Below are positions 18,252 to 26,123 of a stretch of 31,804 nt of DNA, piece by piece. The stretch is from positions 1 through 31,804 of the IMG/VR virus record IMGVR_UViG_3300016482_000012; one strand, 5' to 3'. A model generated the notes under the pieces. That model ran no database searches, had not been told where the DNA came from, and saw only the letters and a list, made by a program, of their open reading frames with translations. Within the stretch, counting starts at the first letter, position 1; each line of letters starts with the position of its first letter. Made by a program: the position numbers and the translations under genes. This DNA comes from a virus (taxonomy: Duplodnaviria; Caudoviricetes).

Positions 18252-18864
18252 TCTGGCCTCCGTTTGGTGGGGTTACTTTTCTGAAACGGCCGTAGAAATT
18301 CGCCATGGCCTGAGCGGCGCGATTGGTATTCACGGACTCGTCATTTCGGCTTTCAGCGCGACCAACGATGTAATCAACAACGGCTGATTCAAGCGTGGTC
18401 GGCAAACCGGTGTCCTGATCTGCGGCGTAGGATTCCGGCACCTTCACGTAAATGATGTTCAGCTTCTGGCCGGCAGGCGCTTTCGGGCACACCATGAAGC
18501 GCATGGGCTCGTCTGGAATGGGAATAAAGTGCTTGGCAGGCCCTGCCGGATCGGTCATCCAAGTCGGGCGGAACTGATCGAGAATCTTGCGATCAACCGG
18601 CGTAATGGCTGGACCATCCTTGATACCGATAATGTTGACCAGCGCCAAAGCGTTGTCGTAGGGAACCTGCTGCAGCACGGCATTGGGCGTGCATTCCAGT
18701 TCGCCATCAGTATGGAAGAACTGGGGCGCTACTTCGCACAGCGCATCCAATGCGTCATTGGCGTACTTGAGCAGGTCTTCCGGACTGTAGCGATACCCGG
18801 AGGCATCCCGATCATTCAGGATGCCCCGTGCCGTATCAATCGCAGCGTTAAGCTTGAGACCCAT
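18232..18864 (-). CDS. Head-tail adaptor-like protein (~210 aa)
   Basis: ARGILND...RYS..DLLKYANDAL N-terminus and AVVDYIVGRAESRNDE C-terminus, as in podovirus adaptor proteins. Start re-called at MGLKL (18864), 1 nt after the upstream stop. Confidence 0.7.
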   Translation of the reverse strand: MGLKLNAAIDTARGILNDRDASGYRYSPEDLLKYANDALDALCEVAPQFFHTDGELECTPNAVLQQVPYDNALALVNIIGIKDGPAITPVDRKILDQFRPTWMTDPAGPAKHFIPIPDEPMRFMVCPKAPAGQKLNIIYVKVPESYAADQDTGLPTTLESAVVDYIVGRAESRNDESVNTNRAAQAMANFYGRFRKVTPPNGGQNVQGSE

Positions 18865-18865
18865 G

Positions 18866-19372
18866 TTATGCCGCCGTATCACCCTTGACGGTCAGGGTCA
18901 TGCCGTCATTGTTGTACGCGGCAGCGCCGGCAGTCACTGCACGGCGTACCCAGACGGCCTTGCTGGCGCCCGGCGCCAGATCGCCGATCGACAGCGAACC
19001 CTCCTCGTTGGCCGCCAGCGAAAAACTCACGCCGGTTGGTGCCGTGCCCTCGTTGGCAATCGTCTGTTCGGTGCCGTTGATAGCCGACGTACCTAGACCA
19101 ATCGTCGCTTCGGTATCTGCCGACGGCGTATTGCTGGCGATCCAGATTTTCGCGCCGTAGAGCGTCAGGCTGGCATGGCTGTTGCGGACATAGATGCAAC
19201 GGTATTCCGCGTCACCAGCGGCCGACTCGTCGCCGGACACGTAGTCAAACAGGGAATTGACCGACGAACTGACGGCATTGTTCGAGATGGCGCCGCCCAG
19301 GGATGCATCGCCAGAATTATTGCTGGCCCCGCCCGACAGACGGAAGACAATATCAGTTGCAGTTATTGGCAT
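18866..19372 (-). CDS. Virion structural protein, Ig-like/beta-sandwich-like (~168 aa)
   Basis: Start MPITATDI with an AGGAG RBS. Ser/Gly/Ala-rich, with EYRCIYVRN and GDLAPGASKAVWVRR motifs. Confidence 0.65.
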   Translation of the reverse strand: MPITATDIVFRLSGGASNNSGDASLGGAISNNAVSSSVNSLFDYVSGDESAAGDAEYRCIYVRNSHASLTLYGAKIWIASNTPSADTEATIGLGTSAINGTEQTIANEGTAPTGVSFSLAANEEGSLSIGDLAPGASKAVWVRRAVTAGAAAYNNDGMTLTVKGDTAA

Positions 19373-20168
19373 CGCCAACTCCTTGTTCAATGATCGTTAC
19401 GAAGGTATTGGCCGGTGTCAGACCGGCTTTCTGACCGCCTGCCGACAAGCCGGCGGACGGATGCTGGTTGCTGGCCGACCGATCCCAAAAGAATCGTTGG
19501 CAGCGGCGGGCATTGATACGGATGGACCATGACAACGGGGTGTTGTCGGACATGGGCACGCAAACATCCCACGTGGTTACGTCGTCTGACGACACCGGCA
19601 TGGCCATGTCCCAGATCGATTGCAGATCGGCATACAGTCGATTGCGCAGCGTCCAGCTGAGGCTGTCTTCCACAGCGATGTTTTCGCGCACGACCCAGAC
19701 AACGGACTGGGTTTCACCCACCTGGGCGCGCACATGCCATTGGGCTTCTGCCGACTGGATACCCTGCTGCCGGACGTTCCAGCCGGCAGACTGCGAATCC
19801 GTAGCAATCTGATGCAGCAGCCACTGCAGCGACCCGTTTTCAACGACGATTCGGCGCACGTCCCAAACCATGGCGCATGGCTGGCGCACGTCTTGGCGCA
19901 CATGCCAATCCAGCGACTGGCTGTCTTGCGCCAGGGCGCGTATCGCCCAGCTGGCCGACTGCGATTCCACGACACCCTCGCGCAACGTCCAGCCGCATTG
20001 CAGCTGGTCCAGCACATTGGCGCGCGTATCCCAGCTGGCCGACATGCTTTCAACGGCATTGCTCATCAACGTCCAGAGCGCCGATTCGCCGCCGGTTGCC
20101 GCGATACCGCTCCCGTCGTTAATGGCGTTCCTGCCGTACACGATGCTGTTGTAGGTGCCGAAATCCAT
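19353..20168 (-). CDS. Trp-repeat protein (14-aa period), probable fibre shaft, 271 aa
   Basis: All 15 Trp residues lie at exact 14-aa intervals (W32 to W228). The gene sits among structural genes. Confidence 0.75.
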   Translation of the reverse strand: MDFGTYNSIVYGRNAINDGSGIAATGGESALWTLMSNAVESMSASWDTRANVLDQLQCGWTLREGVVESQSASWAIRALAQDSQSLDWHVRQDVRQPCAMVWDVRRIVVENGSLQWLLHQIATDSQSAGWNVRQQGIQSAEAQWHVRAQVGETQSVVWVVRENIAVEDSLSWTLRNRLYADLQSIWDMAMPVSSDDVTTWDVCVPMSDNTPLSWSIRINARRCQRFFWDRSASNQHPSAGLSAGGQKAGLTPANTFVTIIEQGVGDANNCN

Positions 20169-20171
20169 GGG

Positions 20172-20807
20172 TCAGCACCACTTGGGTCGTGAGGAAAGAC
20201 GGCCACGGCTAAAGCCCTTGGCCGCTTCAAAATTCGTATTGCCGATATCCACTTCAAACTTGGCATTGAAGGATTCGGCCAGTGCGGCATTCGCCCACGG
20301 CGCATCCTTGTACAACATGAGCTTGGCCTTGGCGCCAGCCACCAGCGTGTCTCGGAAGGCAACCGCCAGATGATCCGGTAGCCCAGTAGCGCTATCACTC
20401 GGCTTCACGGCGACGAAGAACGTCAGGCCGGTCAACGTGGCGCTGCTCGGGATCGGGTACAGATCAATGATCCCCGGAACACTCTGCACCAGCTTAGCCG
20501 GCGTACCGCGCTGTGCGCGCCAATCGCCAGACATGCCGTCATCCAAAATGTCCGGCGAAATCACATCCAGCTTCTTGCCGTCATAGGTGCCGTGTTCAAT
20601 GCGCACCAGATCGAGACCGTCGCCCACATTCACGGTCACAACGGACTGACCGGACGAAATACGAACGGGCGCCGTCGTAATGCGCCACGCCCGTGTTTTG
20701 TCGAAGAATTGTTGCGCCGCCCGTTTCAGTTCCTGTTCGGCAACCATTGACGGGCAACCAACGACATGCGGTAGCACGTCAGGCAGAAAGTAAGACCACT
20801 CTCGCAT
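20172..20807 (-). CDS. Head completion/adaptor-like protein (211 aa)
   Basis: WSYFLPDVLPHVVGCP...F...TRAWR N-terminus and a position after the capsid genes. Confidence 0.65.
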   Translation of the reverse strand: MREWSYFLPDVLPHVVGCPSMVAEQELKRAAQQFFDKTRAWRITTAPVRISSGQSVVTVNVGDGLDLVRIEHGTYDGKKLDVISPDILDDGMSGDWRAQRGTPAKLVQSVPGIIDLYPIPSSATLTGLTFFVAVKPSDSATGLPDHLAVAFRDTLVAGAKAKLMLYKDAPWANAALAESFNAKFEVDIGNTNFEAAKGFSRGRLSSRPKWC

Positions 20808-20824
20808 CGCGTGCTACCTCTGCC

Positions 20825-21181
20825 TTACTTCTTCTTGTTGCTGTTTTTCGGCTTAGCCGTCGGCGCCGGCTGTTCCGTCGGCGGCGACTTCTGAGCAGCG
20901 TCGCCCGGGTTGGCTTCCTGGCTACCGGCTTCGTCAGCGTCATCGCCGCCAGCGCCGTTGTCATCGCCACCGGACAGCAGTGTTTCAGCCACGTCAAAAT
21001 CTTCCTCGTCTGCCGGGTAGAACTTGCCACCAGCCAGCAGGCCGGCTACCGTCAGTTCGCAGGGAATATCAAACTCGATGTCGCCAAAGGTATTCGCAGT
21101 GCCTTCATAGACCGTGCCATCAGCACCAGTCACGTTCAGCGTGCCGTCACGGCGCGCTGGAATCGTCGTCAAAAGCTTCAT
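20825..21181 (-). CDS. Hypothetical protein (118 aa, acidic low-complexity C-terminus)
   Basis: GGAG RBS; the ORF fills the gap in the structural operon. Confidence 0.75.
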   Translation of the reverse strand: MKLLTTIPARRDGTLNVTGADGTVYEGTANTFGDIEFDIPCELTVAGLLAGGKFYPADEEDFDVAETLLSGGDDNGAGGDDADEAGSQEANPGDAAQKSPPTEQPAPTAKPKNSNKKK

Positions 21182-21201
21182 TGCTTTATCTCCAAAGAAG
21201 T

Positions 21202-21223
21202 GAGGGGGAGCGCACTCCCCCTC
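21202..21223 (-). terminator. Stem-loop after the capsid/decoration genes, possible weak intrinsic terminator
   Basis: GAGGGGGAG-TGCG-CTCCCCCTC is a 9-bp perfect stem, followed on the minus strand by ACTTCTTT. Confidence 0.55.
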
Positions 21224-21264
21224 GACTCATCACGGCATTGCTGCCGCACTTAGAACAGAGGGGC

Positions 21265-21732
21265 TTAGACTTGGCGATACAGCAGCGTCAGACCGATCTG
21301 ACCTGCCTGCTTGGTCGCCGAAGCCGCCGTAAACTTCACGGCAATCTTGCGATCAGCCTGTGTTGCCACAACGCGTGCCAGTGCCTTAGACAGCACCTGA
21401 ACTTGACCGCCGGCTCGGCAGACCGTGATACCGGCACCCCAGACAGCACCGCCGTCATTGGTTGCGGTCGATAGGTCATCGCCAGCAGCATTCAATACGC
21501 CAACCGATGCCTCAATGGTGGGCGTAGCGTTGGTGTCCAGATCGTCGGAGTCGATCAGCAGACCGACAGGCACGCAGCCTGCTGGAAGAATGCCGACAGC
21601 GCCGATGTCGCCAGCGTCCAGATCGGCCGCAACCAGATCCAGTGCGTAGCGTTCGGCAACAACGTCCGAGCAATCGCAAGTCACGACCGGCTTACGACCG
21701 GTCAGGAAGTCATTCGTATTCGTGAAAGACAT
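21265..21732 (-). CDS. Probable capsid decoration/cement protein (155 aa)
   Basis: Directly after the major capsid gene, with an AGGAG RBS. Beta-rich, with an LPAG...DSDDLD motif and an N-terminal TCDCS. Confidence 0.65.
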   Translation of the reverse strand: MSFTNTNDFLTGRKPVVTCDCSDVVAERYALDLVAADLDAGDIGAVGILPAGCVPVGLLIDSDDLDTNATPTIEASVGVLNAAGDDLSTATNDGGAVWGAGITVCRAGGQVQVLSKALARVVATQADRKIAVKFTAASATKQAGQIGLTLLYRQV

Positions 21733-21760
21733 GGTGGTTTGCTCCTAATGAGTGAACGAG

Positions 21761-21783
21761 AGCGCCGGGGGTTTCCCGGCGCT
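21761..21783 (-). promoter_or_regulatory. Stem-loop immediately after the major capsid stop (mRNA stabiliser or attenuator)
   Basis: AGCGCCGGG-AAACC-CCCGGCGCT is a 9-bp perfect stem with no U-tract. Confidence 0.55.
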
Positions 21784-21788
21784 TCTGG

Positions 21789-22907
21789 TTAGCGGGCAGC
21801 TGCCGCCGTGTCCAGGGAGAACACGCCGAAATCCTGCGCACCGGCCTCGTCGGTATCAAAGGTGACCTTCTTGATACCGAAGATTGACGAGGTGGAAATC
21901 ACCACCTTGTCGCCGTTGTCGCGGGTCTCTTCGTGCCAGTCGAAACGCAGGTTGGTACCCGGCGAACCGAAGGCAACGACGGCGGCTTGCGAACCCATGA
22001 ACAGGCCGCGCGCCGATTCCACGTTGTTACCGCTGCCAGCGTTGTTGAAACGGATGGCGTTGCGGTGGCTGTGGAGGATGACGCCGCGATACATGCCCAG
22101 CGAACCCTTGAAGAGCGGGCTGTTACGGCCTTCGGCGGTCGCAGCAGCCTTCTGGATGTCCAGCCATTGGCCGGTTCCGGTGTTGCTGCGCAGATCGTCT
22201 TCTTGGAAGGTGTGCATGACGCAGACGAAGGTTTCGTTGCCGTCGATCTTGCAAGGCTGCAGCACCGGGATACCGGTTGCGCCGCCACCCTGGCTATCGG
22301 CCTTGGTCTTGGCACGGTCTACCAGACGCAGATCAAACACGTCGGCGGCGTCCAGGTTGGCAAATGCCGTGGCGTTGCCGCCGTAAATAGTGTGGTTCGC
22401 GTCCGGCGAAACCAGCGCATTGCCAGCGCGGCCGGTGTAACCCTGCGGCAACAGGAAGTTGCTGTTGACACCGCGTGCGCCCGATAGATAGATGAACATC
22501 AGTTCGTCCATCAGACGTGCCCACCAGCTCGACTGCTGGCGCTTGGCCTTTTCACGCAGATCGTGCAGGGTGCGCTTGCGGGTCATGCGACCGCCAGTGT
22601 TCACGCCACAACGGGCTTGGTCGATGTAGATTTCATCGGTGTAGAACTTCTGGCCTTCTTCCTTGCCTTCCAGAATGTCCTCACCTTCAACCGGTGCCAT
22701 CTTCAATTCGGCCAGCAGGTCATAGCTGATCAGTTCGCCGGCATCCGATTCCAGATCGGTCAGAATCTGAACAGGAACTTCGGCTTCTGCACCGCGTGCC
22801 ATGAAGCGCTGATTGAAGTACGATTTTTGGCTGGTGTCATAGGCCAGAAGACCAGACCAGCGCTTTACTGCTTTGGGATCATTAACCCCGATGATGGTGC
22901 GAGCCAT
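21789..22907 (-). CDS. Major capsid protein, N4-gp56-like family (372 aa)
   Basis: MARTIIGVNDPKAVKRWS, LESDAGE.ISYDL, IDQARCGVNTGGRMTRKRT.HDLR. It has an AAGGAG RBS and follows the scaffold gene. Confidence 0.9.
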   Translation of the reverse strand: MARTIIGVNDPKAVKRWSGLLAYDTSQKSYFNQRFMARGAEAEVPVQILTDLESDAGELISYDLLAELKMAPVEGEDILEGKEEGQKFYTDEIYIDQARCGVNTGGRMTRKRTLHDLREKAKRQQSSWWARLMDELMFIYLSGARGVNSNFLLPQGYTGRAGNALVSPDANHTIYGGNATAFANLDAADVFDLRLVDRAKTKADSQGGGATGIPVLQPCKIDGNETFVCVMHTFQEDDLRSNTGTGQWLDIQKAAATAEGRNSPLFKGSLGMYRGVILHSHRNAIRFNNAGSGNNVESARGLFMGSQAAVVAFGSPGTNLRFDWHEETRDNGDKVVISTSSIFGIKKVTFDTDEAGAQDFGVFSLDTAAAAR

Positions 22908-22915
22908 AAGAGCTA

Positions 22916-22954
22916 CTCCTTAGGTAATTACCTGAAAGAGCACTTCCTGCGCTC
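22916..22954 (-). promoter_or_regulatory. Candidate CsrA-type binding sites in the capsid mRNA leader
   Basis: Hairpin GAGCGC-AGGAA-GUGCUC (22938-22954) has GGA in the loop. A second GGA lies in the Shine-Dalgarno (22916-22920), 25 nt away. Confidence 0.55.
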
Positions 22955-22975
22955 GGTTTACTAATAGCGGTAACG

Positions 22976-23176
22976 CTATGGTTTGCAATCTGCCATGCTT
23001 GGCACGGCTTTGCCTGAACGTGAATCCTTTTTTTCAATCATCACATCGCGTGGCGCAGTGACGCGCAAGCGCGCCAACTGCCCACTCTTTTGCACCAGTT
23101 CAACGGTGGCGCCACCAGACAAGGCCAGGGCTTCCCCAGGCCTGACGTCAATGATGAGTCTCGACATACGCGACAT
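22976..23176 (-). CDS. CsrA/RsmA-like small protein (66 aa)
   Basis: LIIDVRPGEALAL.GGATVELVQKSGQLARLRVTAPRDVMI parallels CsrA [41 protein letters not shown]. TGATG overlap with the scaffold stop. Confidence 0.7.
   Translation of the reverse strand: MSRMSRLIIDVRPGEALALSGGATVELVQKSGQLARLRVTAPRDVMIEKKDSRSGKAVPSMADCKP
22991..23006 (-). promoter_or_regulatory. 16-bp motif, copy 3 (upstream of major capsid gene, 1 mismatch)
   Basis: CGTGCCAAGCATGGCA, inside the 3' end of the CsrA-like gene, 83 nt before the capsid ATG. Confidence 0.7.
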
Positions 23177-24246
23177 CAGGTGCCTCGCGAGTAGCGCTCC
23201 CGTTGCTCCGGCGACATCTTGCGAATCGCCGATTCCAGTTGGTCGCCGGTCAGGCTATCCAGATCGGCAAACTCACTGCCGACATCGCCTGGACCATCAC
23301 CGCCTGGAACATTGGCAATCGACGGTGGCAGATTGGACGTGTCAGGCTTGCGGCCTTGCTTGGCCTGTTTCAGCTTGTCGTCTGCCGTCTGTTTGTTACC
23401 TGCTGCCACAGCGGCAGGGTCAGCCGTTGGCGATGCAGCCGGCTTGACCGGTGCCAGATCATGCAGGGCCAGCACGCGCTTATGGGCTTGGTCAAGGAAC
23501 CAGCGCATGTCGCGATGCTCATTCGCCGGATTCGCAGCCAGCGTCTTCACGAAAGCATCCAGGTCGGCCGCTTTCTCGGCATCCTTGGAATAGTCGATCC
23601 GTCCGCCGTCTTCCGGCAGCTTGGATGCATAGTCAACGAAACCGGAAACCGTCTGGCTCCACTGGTATTCCGCCGACTTGGCGCGCGCCTCGTCCGACTG
23701 TATGTGCATCTCGTTCGAGATTTCCGACTTGGTGCGCAGACGTTCAAGTTCGCTGCGCTCCTGAAACAGCAGTTCGCGCTGGGCGTCGTATTCGTCAAAC
23801 TCTAATTCGCCATCGCGAAACTTCTGACGCAACTCGGCTTCACGGGTTCCCAATGACGACAGGCGATCATTGAAGTCAGCCGGCAGCTCGGCGTTGTAAA
23901 CGAAATCTGCACGGCTGGCTTCTTGTGCCTGCTTGGCCTGACGTTGCGTTTCAGCTTCTTTTGCGGCCCTGGCGGCAGCAACATCGGCAGCTACGCCGTC
24001 ATCACCATCGGCGGCGCCAGCATCGCCGGCGGGATCGCCAGCAGCGGATGCCGCAGCAGCAGCGCCGTCGTCTCCGGTGGCGGCACCATCGCCGTCATCG
24101 TCGTCGTCATTGTCATCATTATCCCCACCGGAACCAGCGATGTTCTGCATAGTGGCCAGTTCTTCCGGTGTGTAATCGCTGCCTTGGATGGCTTCGCGTT
24201 CTTCCTGGGTCAGGGTGTCAAGTGCGTCGTTATCGAGCGTACTCAT
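23176..24246 (-). CDS. Probable capsid scaffolding protein (356 aa)
   Basis: Very acidic N-terminus, coiled-coil middle and a C-terminal LESAIRKMSPEQRERY helix. It lies just upstream of the capsid gene. Confidence 0.75.
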   Translation of the reverse strand: MSTLDNDALDTLTQEEREAIQGSDYTPEELATMQNIAGSGGDNDDNDDDDDGDGAATGDDGAAAAASAAGDPAGDAGAADGDDGVAADVAAARAAKEAETQRQAKQAQEASRADFVYNAELPADFNDRLSSLGTREAELRQKFRDGELEFDEYDAQRELLFQERSELERLRTKSEISNEMHIQSDEARAKSAEYQWSQTVSGFVDYASKLPEDGGRIDYSKDAEKAADLDAFVKTLAANPANEHRDMRWFLDQAHKRVLALHDLAPVKPAASPTADPAAVAAGNKQTADDKLKQAKQGRKPDTSNLPPSIANVPGGDGPGDVGSEFADLDSLTGDQLESAIRKMSPEQRERYSRGT

Positions 24247-24274
24247 GCGCGCTTCCTTTCTTGCGGGTTAAAAA

Positions 24275-24457
24275 TCAGTCTTCCTTGGATGCCACTTTGG
24301 CAACTTCGGTCATGCGTTCTTTGGCGAGTGCCTGCACCTTGGCAAAGCGCTTTACATCGTTCTTGATGGCCTCGGCTTCAATCATCGTGCGCAGATCACT
24401 CTCGACGCGCCACTTCTCGTCATCCTTGAGAACGGCGGCGGCAGAATTCTTTTTCAT
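24275..24457 (-). CDS. Hypothetical protein (60 aa)
   Basis: AGGAG RBS and helical composition. Confidence 0.75.
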   Translation of the reverse strand: MKKNSAAAVLKDDEKWRVESDLRTMIEAEAIKNDVKRFAKVQALAKERMTEVAKVASKED

Positions 24458-24500
24458 GGTCTTACTCCTGAATGGGTTGACGGCTGAACAGATGGCAAAT

Positions 24501-24516
24501 TGCCATGCTTGCCACG
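24501..24516 (-). promoter_or_regulatory. 16-bp motif, copy 4 (upstream of scaffold block)
   Basis: Exact copy, intergenic, 43 nt before the ATG at 24457. Confidence 0.75.
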
Positions 24517-24518
24517 AA

Positions 24519-24962
24519 CTAACGCGGCTGCAGGCTATCCATCACTTGATAGCACGCGCTTAATGCTGCATCTTGGTCGGCAGCGATAGCTGCGAACTGG
24601 ACAAGAAACTCTGCATCGATTCTTGCCAGTTCAGCCCCGTTTGCACCCGTGCAGGCAGGTCGGGAACCTGCGGACACGTTGGTGGCACGCTCGGGGCGGT
24701 TCCGCAGGCCGGCAAGATCAGCGCGCAGGCGGTTATTGATAGCAGCCTGATCGGCAGCTTGTTGACGGATGGCAGCATTGGCTTTCTCCTGACGGTCGCG
24801 CTCGGTTGTGAGCGCTTGTTGGACAGCAGCGGCTTTATCGGCATTGATCCGACTCAGCCAGTAATTGTTTTTGGCGCTACTGCCCCAGGCATAACCACCG
24901 AATATCAGAGCAATCGCGGAAGCAAGGGTGCCAAGCAGCACCCACGGATTAAGGGTTGGCAT
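24519..24962 (-). CDS. Rz: Inner-membrane spanin (Rz-like)
   Basis: Start re-called at MPTLNPW (GGAG RBS). N-terminal TM helix followed by a coiled coil; it follows the endolysin gene. Confidence 0.85.
   Translation of the reverse strand: MPTLNPWVLLGTLASAIALIFGGYAWGSSAKNNYWLSRINADKAAAVQQALTTERDRQEKANAAIRQQAADQAAINNRLRADLAGLRNRPERATNVSAGSRPACTGANGAELARIDAEFLVQFAAIAADQDAALSACYQVMDSLQPR
24560..24778 (-). CDS. Rz1: Outer-membrane lipoprotein spanin (Rz1-like), embedded in Rz
   Basis: CAGGAG RBS, signal peptide MLPSVNKLPIRLLSITACALI with lipobox LPAC, and a Pro-rich mature part. It is in an alternative frame within Rz. Confidence 0.85.
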   Translation of the reverse strand: MLPSVNKLPIRLLSITACALILPACGTAPSVPPTCPQVPDLPARVQTGLNWQESMQSFLSSSQLSLPTKMQH

Positions 24963-25446
24963 TGTTTTCTCCAAGACAGACAGCCATTTCGGCATGACGT
25001 CGCTTAACCAAGCCGGGCAACTGAACTGACGTTCCGCCAACTGTGGCACGAGACCACTTGGGCAGCTCTTTGCAGGCCTCGGTGTAACGCCCCGCTTTCA
25101 GCAAACGGGCGGCGGTTGATCGGCTGGTATCGCAGGCAATACGCGGTCCGATGTTGTAGACCGCATCACCAAAGGCAATAAGCACGCGATCAGGCAAGCC
25201 CGGAACACAACGATCGACAGTGCGTACGGCATTGAGCATGTCGTTGTCCAGCCGGGCTCGGCACTCTTCCAGGCTGTATTTCTTGCCTTTTTGCACCTGT
25301 GTCGTCGAACCGTAGCAAACAGTGAGGATTCCAGGGGGGTCATAGTAGGCATATTGGCGCAGCCCTTCTGCCGGAATGGCAATTGCTGCAGCGGCCAATG
25401 CGGCCACTTTCAGCCGTTTCATCTTGTCGGCTTGCTGTTCCATCAA
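24949..25446 (-). CDS. Endolysin, GH24 (T4-lysozyme-like), possibly SAR type
   Basis: E-x8-D-x5-T triad (EGLRQYAYYDPPGILT), YNIG and GLVKRR. The N-terminal segment is basic then Ala-rich and hydrophobic. Confidence 0.92.
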   Translation of the reverse strand: MMEQQADKMKRLKVAALAAAAIAIPAEGLRQYAYYDPPGILTVCYGSTTQVQKGKKYSLEECRARLDNDMLNAVRTVDRCVPGLPDRVLIAFGDAVYNIGPRIACDTSRSTAARLLKAGRYTEACKELPKWSRATVGGTSVQLPGLVKRRHAEMAVCLGENNANP

Positions 25447-25646
25447 ATACCCTTTTGCGCAACAAGGCGGGCCACAAATGCTGCAGAGACTGCGGCAAAT
25501 GACAGAACAGCAAAGAGGTTGCGCGGTATTTGGTCAGCGAATAGCGGCAGGACGATTTCGCATCCTGAAAGCATGCCTGCCAGAATAATGAAACGCAGGC
25601 TCCATGACCGGCGGACAATCTCGCGCCAGTTGTCGTACAGCCTCAC
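25443..25646 (-). CDS. Holin (2 TM segments, 67 aa)
   Basis: Two hydrophobic segments and an ARLVAQ C-terminus; it overlaps the endolysin start. Confidence 0.78.
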   Translation of the reverse strand: MRLYDNWREIVRRSWSLRFIILAGMLSGCEIVLPLFADQIPRNLFAVLSFAAVSAAFVARLVAQKGI

Positions 25647-26116
25647 TTGACACCCCGCACCACTAACTCTTTCACTGTCACATCAAGGCGCTGCAGCTGG
25701 TCATTCTGCAGGCGATTGGCGATGATGCCTTCCTGCACGTTGGTGAATACCCAGACCACCGACGCCACCACCAGTACCTGAATCACGCCAAACATGATGC
25801 CGAACGCCCAACCGGCGCCCTTGGCTTTGTTGATGTTTTCGTTGGTGTCGTTTTCCACCGTCGTGATGCGGGTATTCGTATGCTCGACGCGGTTCTTGAT
25901 TTCTTCGACCTGACGCCACAGCGTTTCGATATTCTCGCGAGCATGACTGTTGTGGATAACCACCTCGGCAATGGTCTTGTCCAGCTTGGCGATCTGAGTC
26001 ACGCTGGTTTTGATGTCTTCAACCTTGTCGGTCAGCGCCGCAATTTGCGTTTCCAGACGCGACATCTGCGCGTGTATTTCGTTGGCGTTGTTTTCGGTGC
26101 CCATGTTCGCGACCAT
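25643..26116 (-). CDS. Coiled-coil membrane protein of the lysis cassette (157 aa)
   Basis: Heptad-rich N-terminus plus one TM helix (GAGWAFGIMFGVIQVLVVASVVWVF), directly upstream of the holin. Confidence 0.7.
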   Translation of the reverse strand: MVANMGTENNANEIHAQMSRLETQIAALTDKVEDIKTSVTQIAKLDKTIAEVVIHNSHARENIETLWRQVEEIKNRVEHTNTRITTVENDTNENINKAKGAGWAFGIMFGVIQVLVVASVVWVFTNVQEGIIANRLQNDQLQRLDVTVKELVVRGVK

Positions 26117-26123
26117 TCAGCGG

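Noticed and set aside
23000-23013. TGGCACGGCTTTGC resembling a sigma54 -24/-12 promoter
   Set aside because: The GG-to-GC spacing is 9 nt rather than the required 10, it faces antisense to the operon, and the other motif copies lack it.
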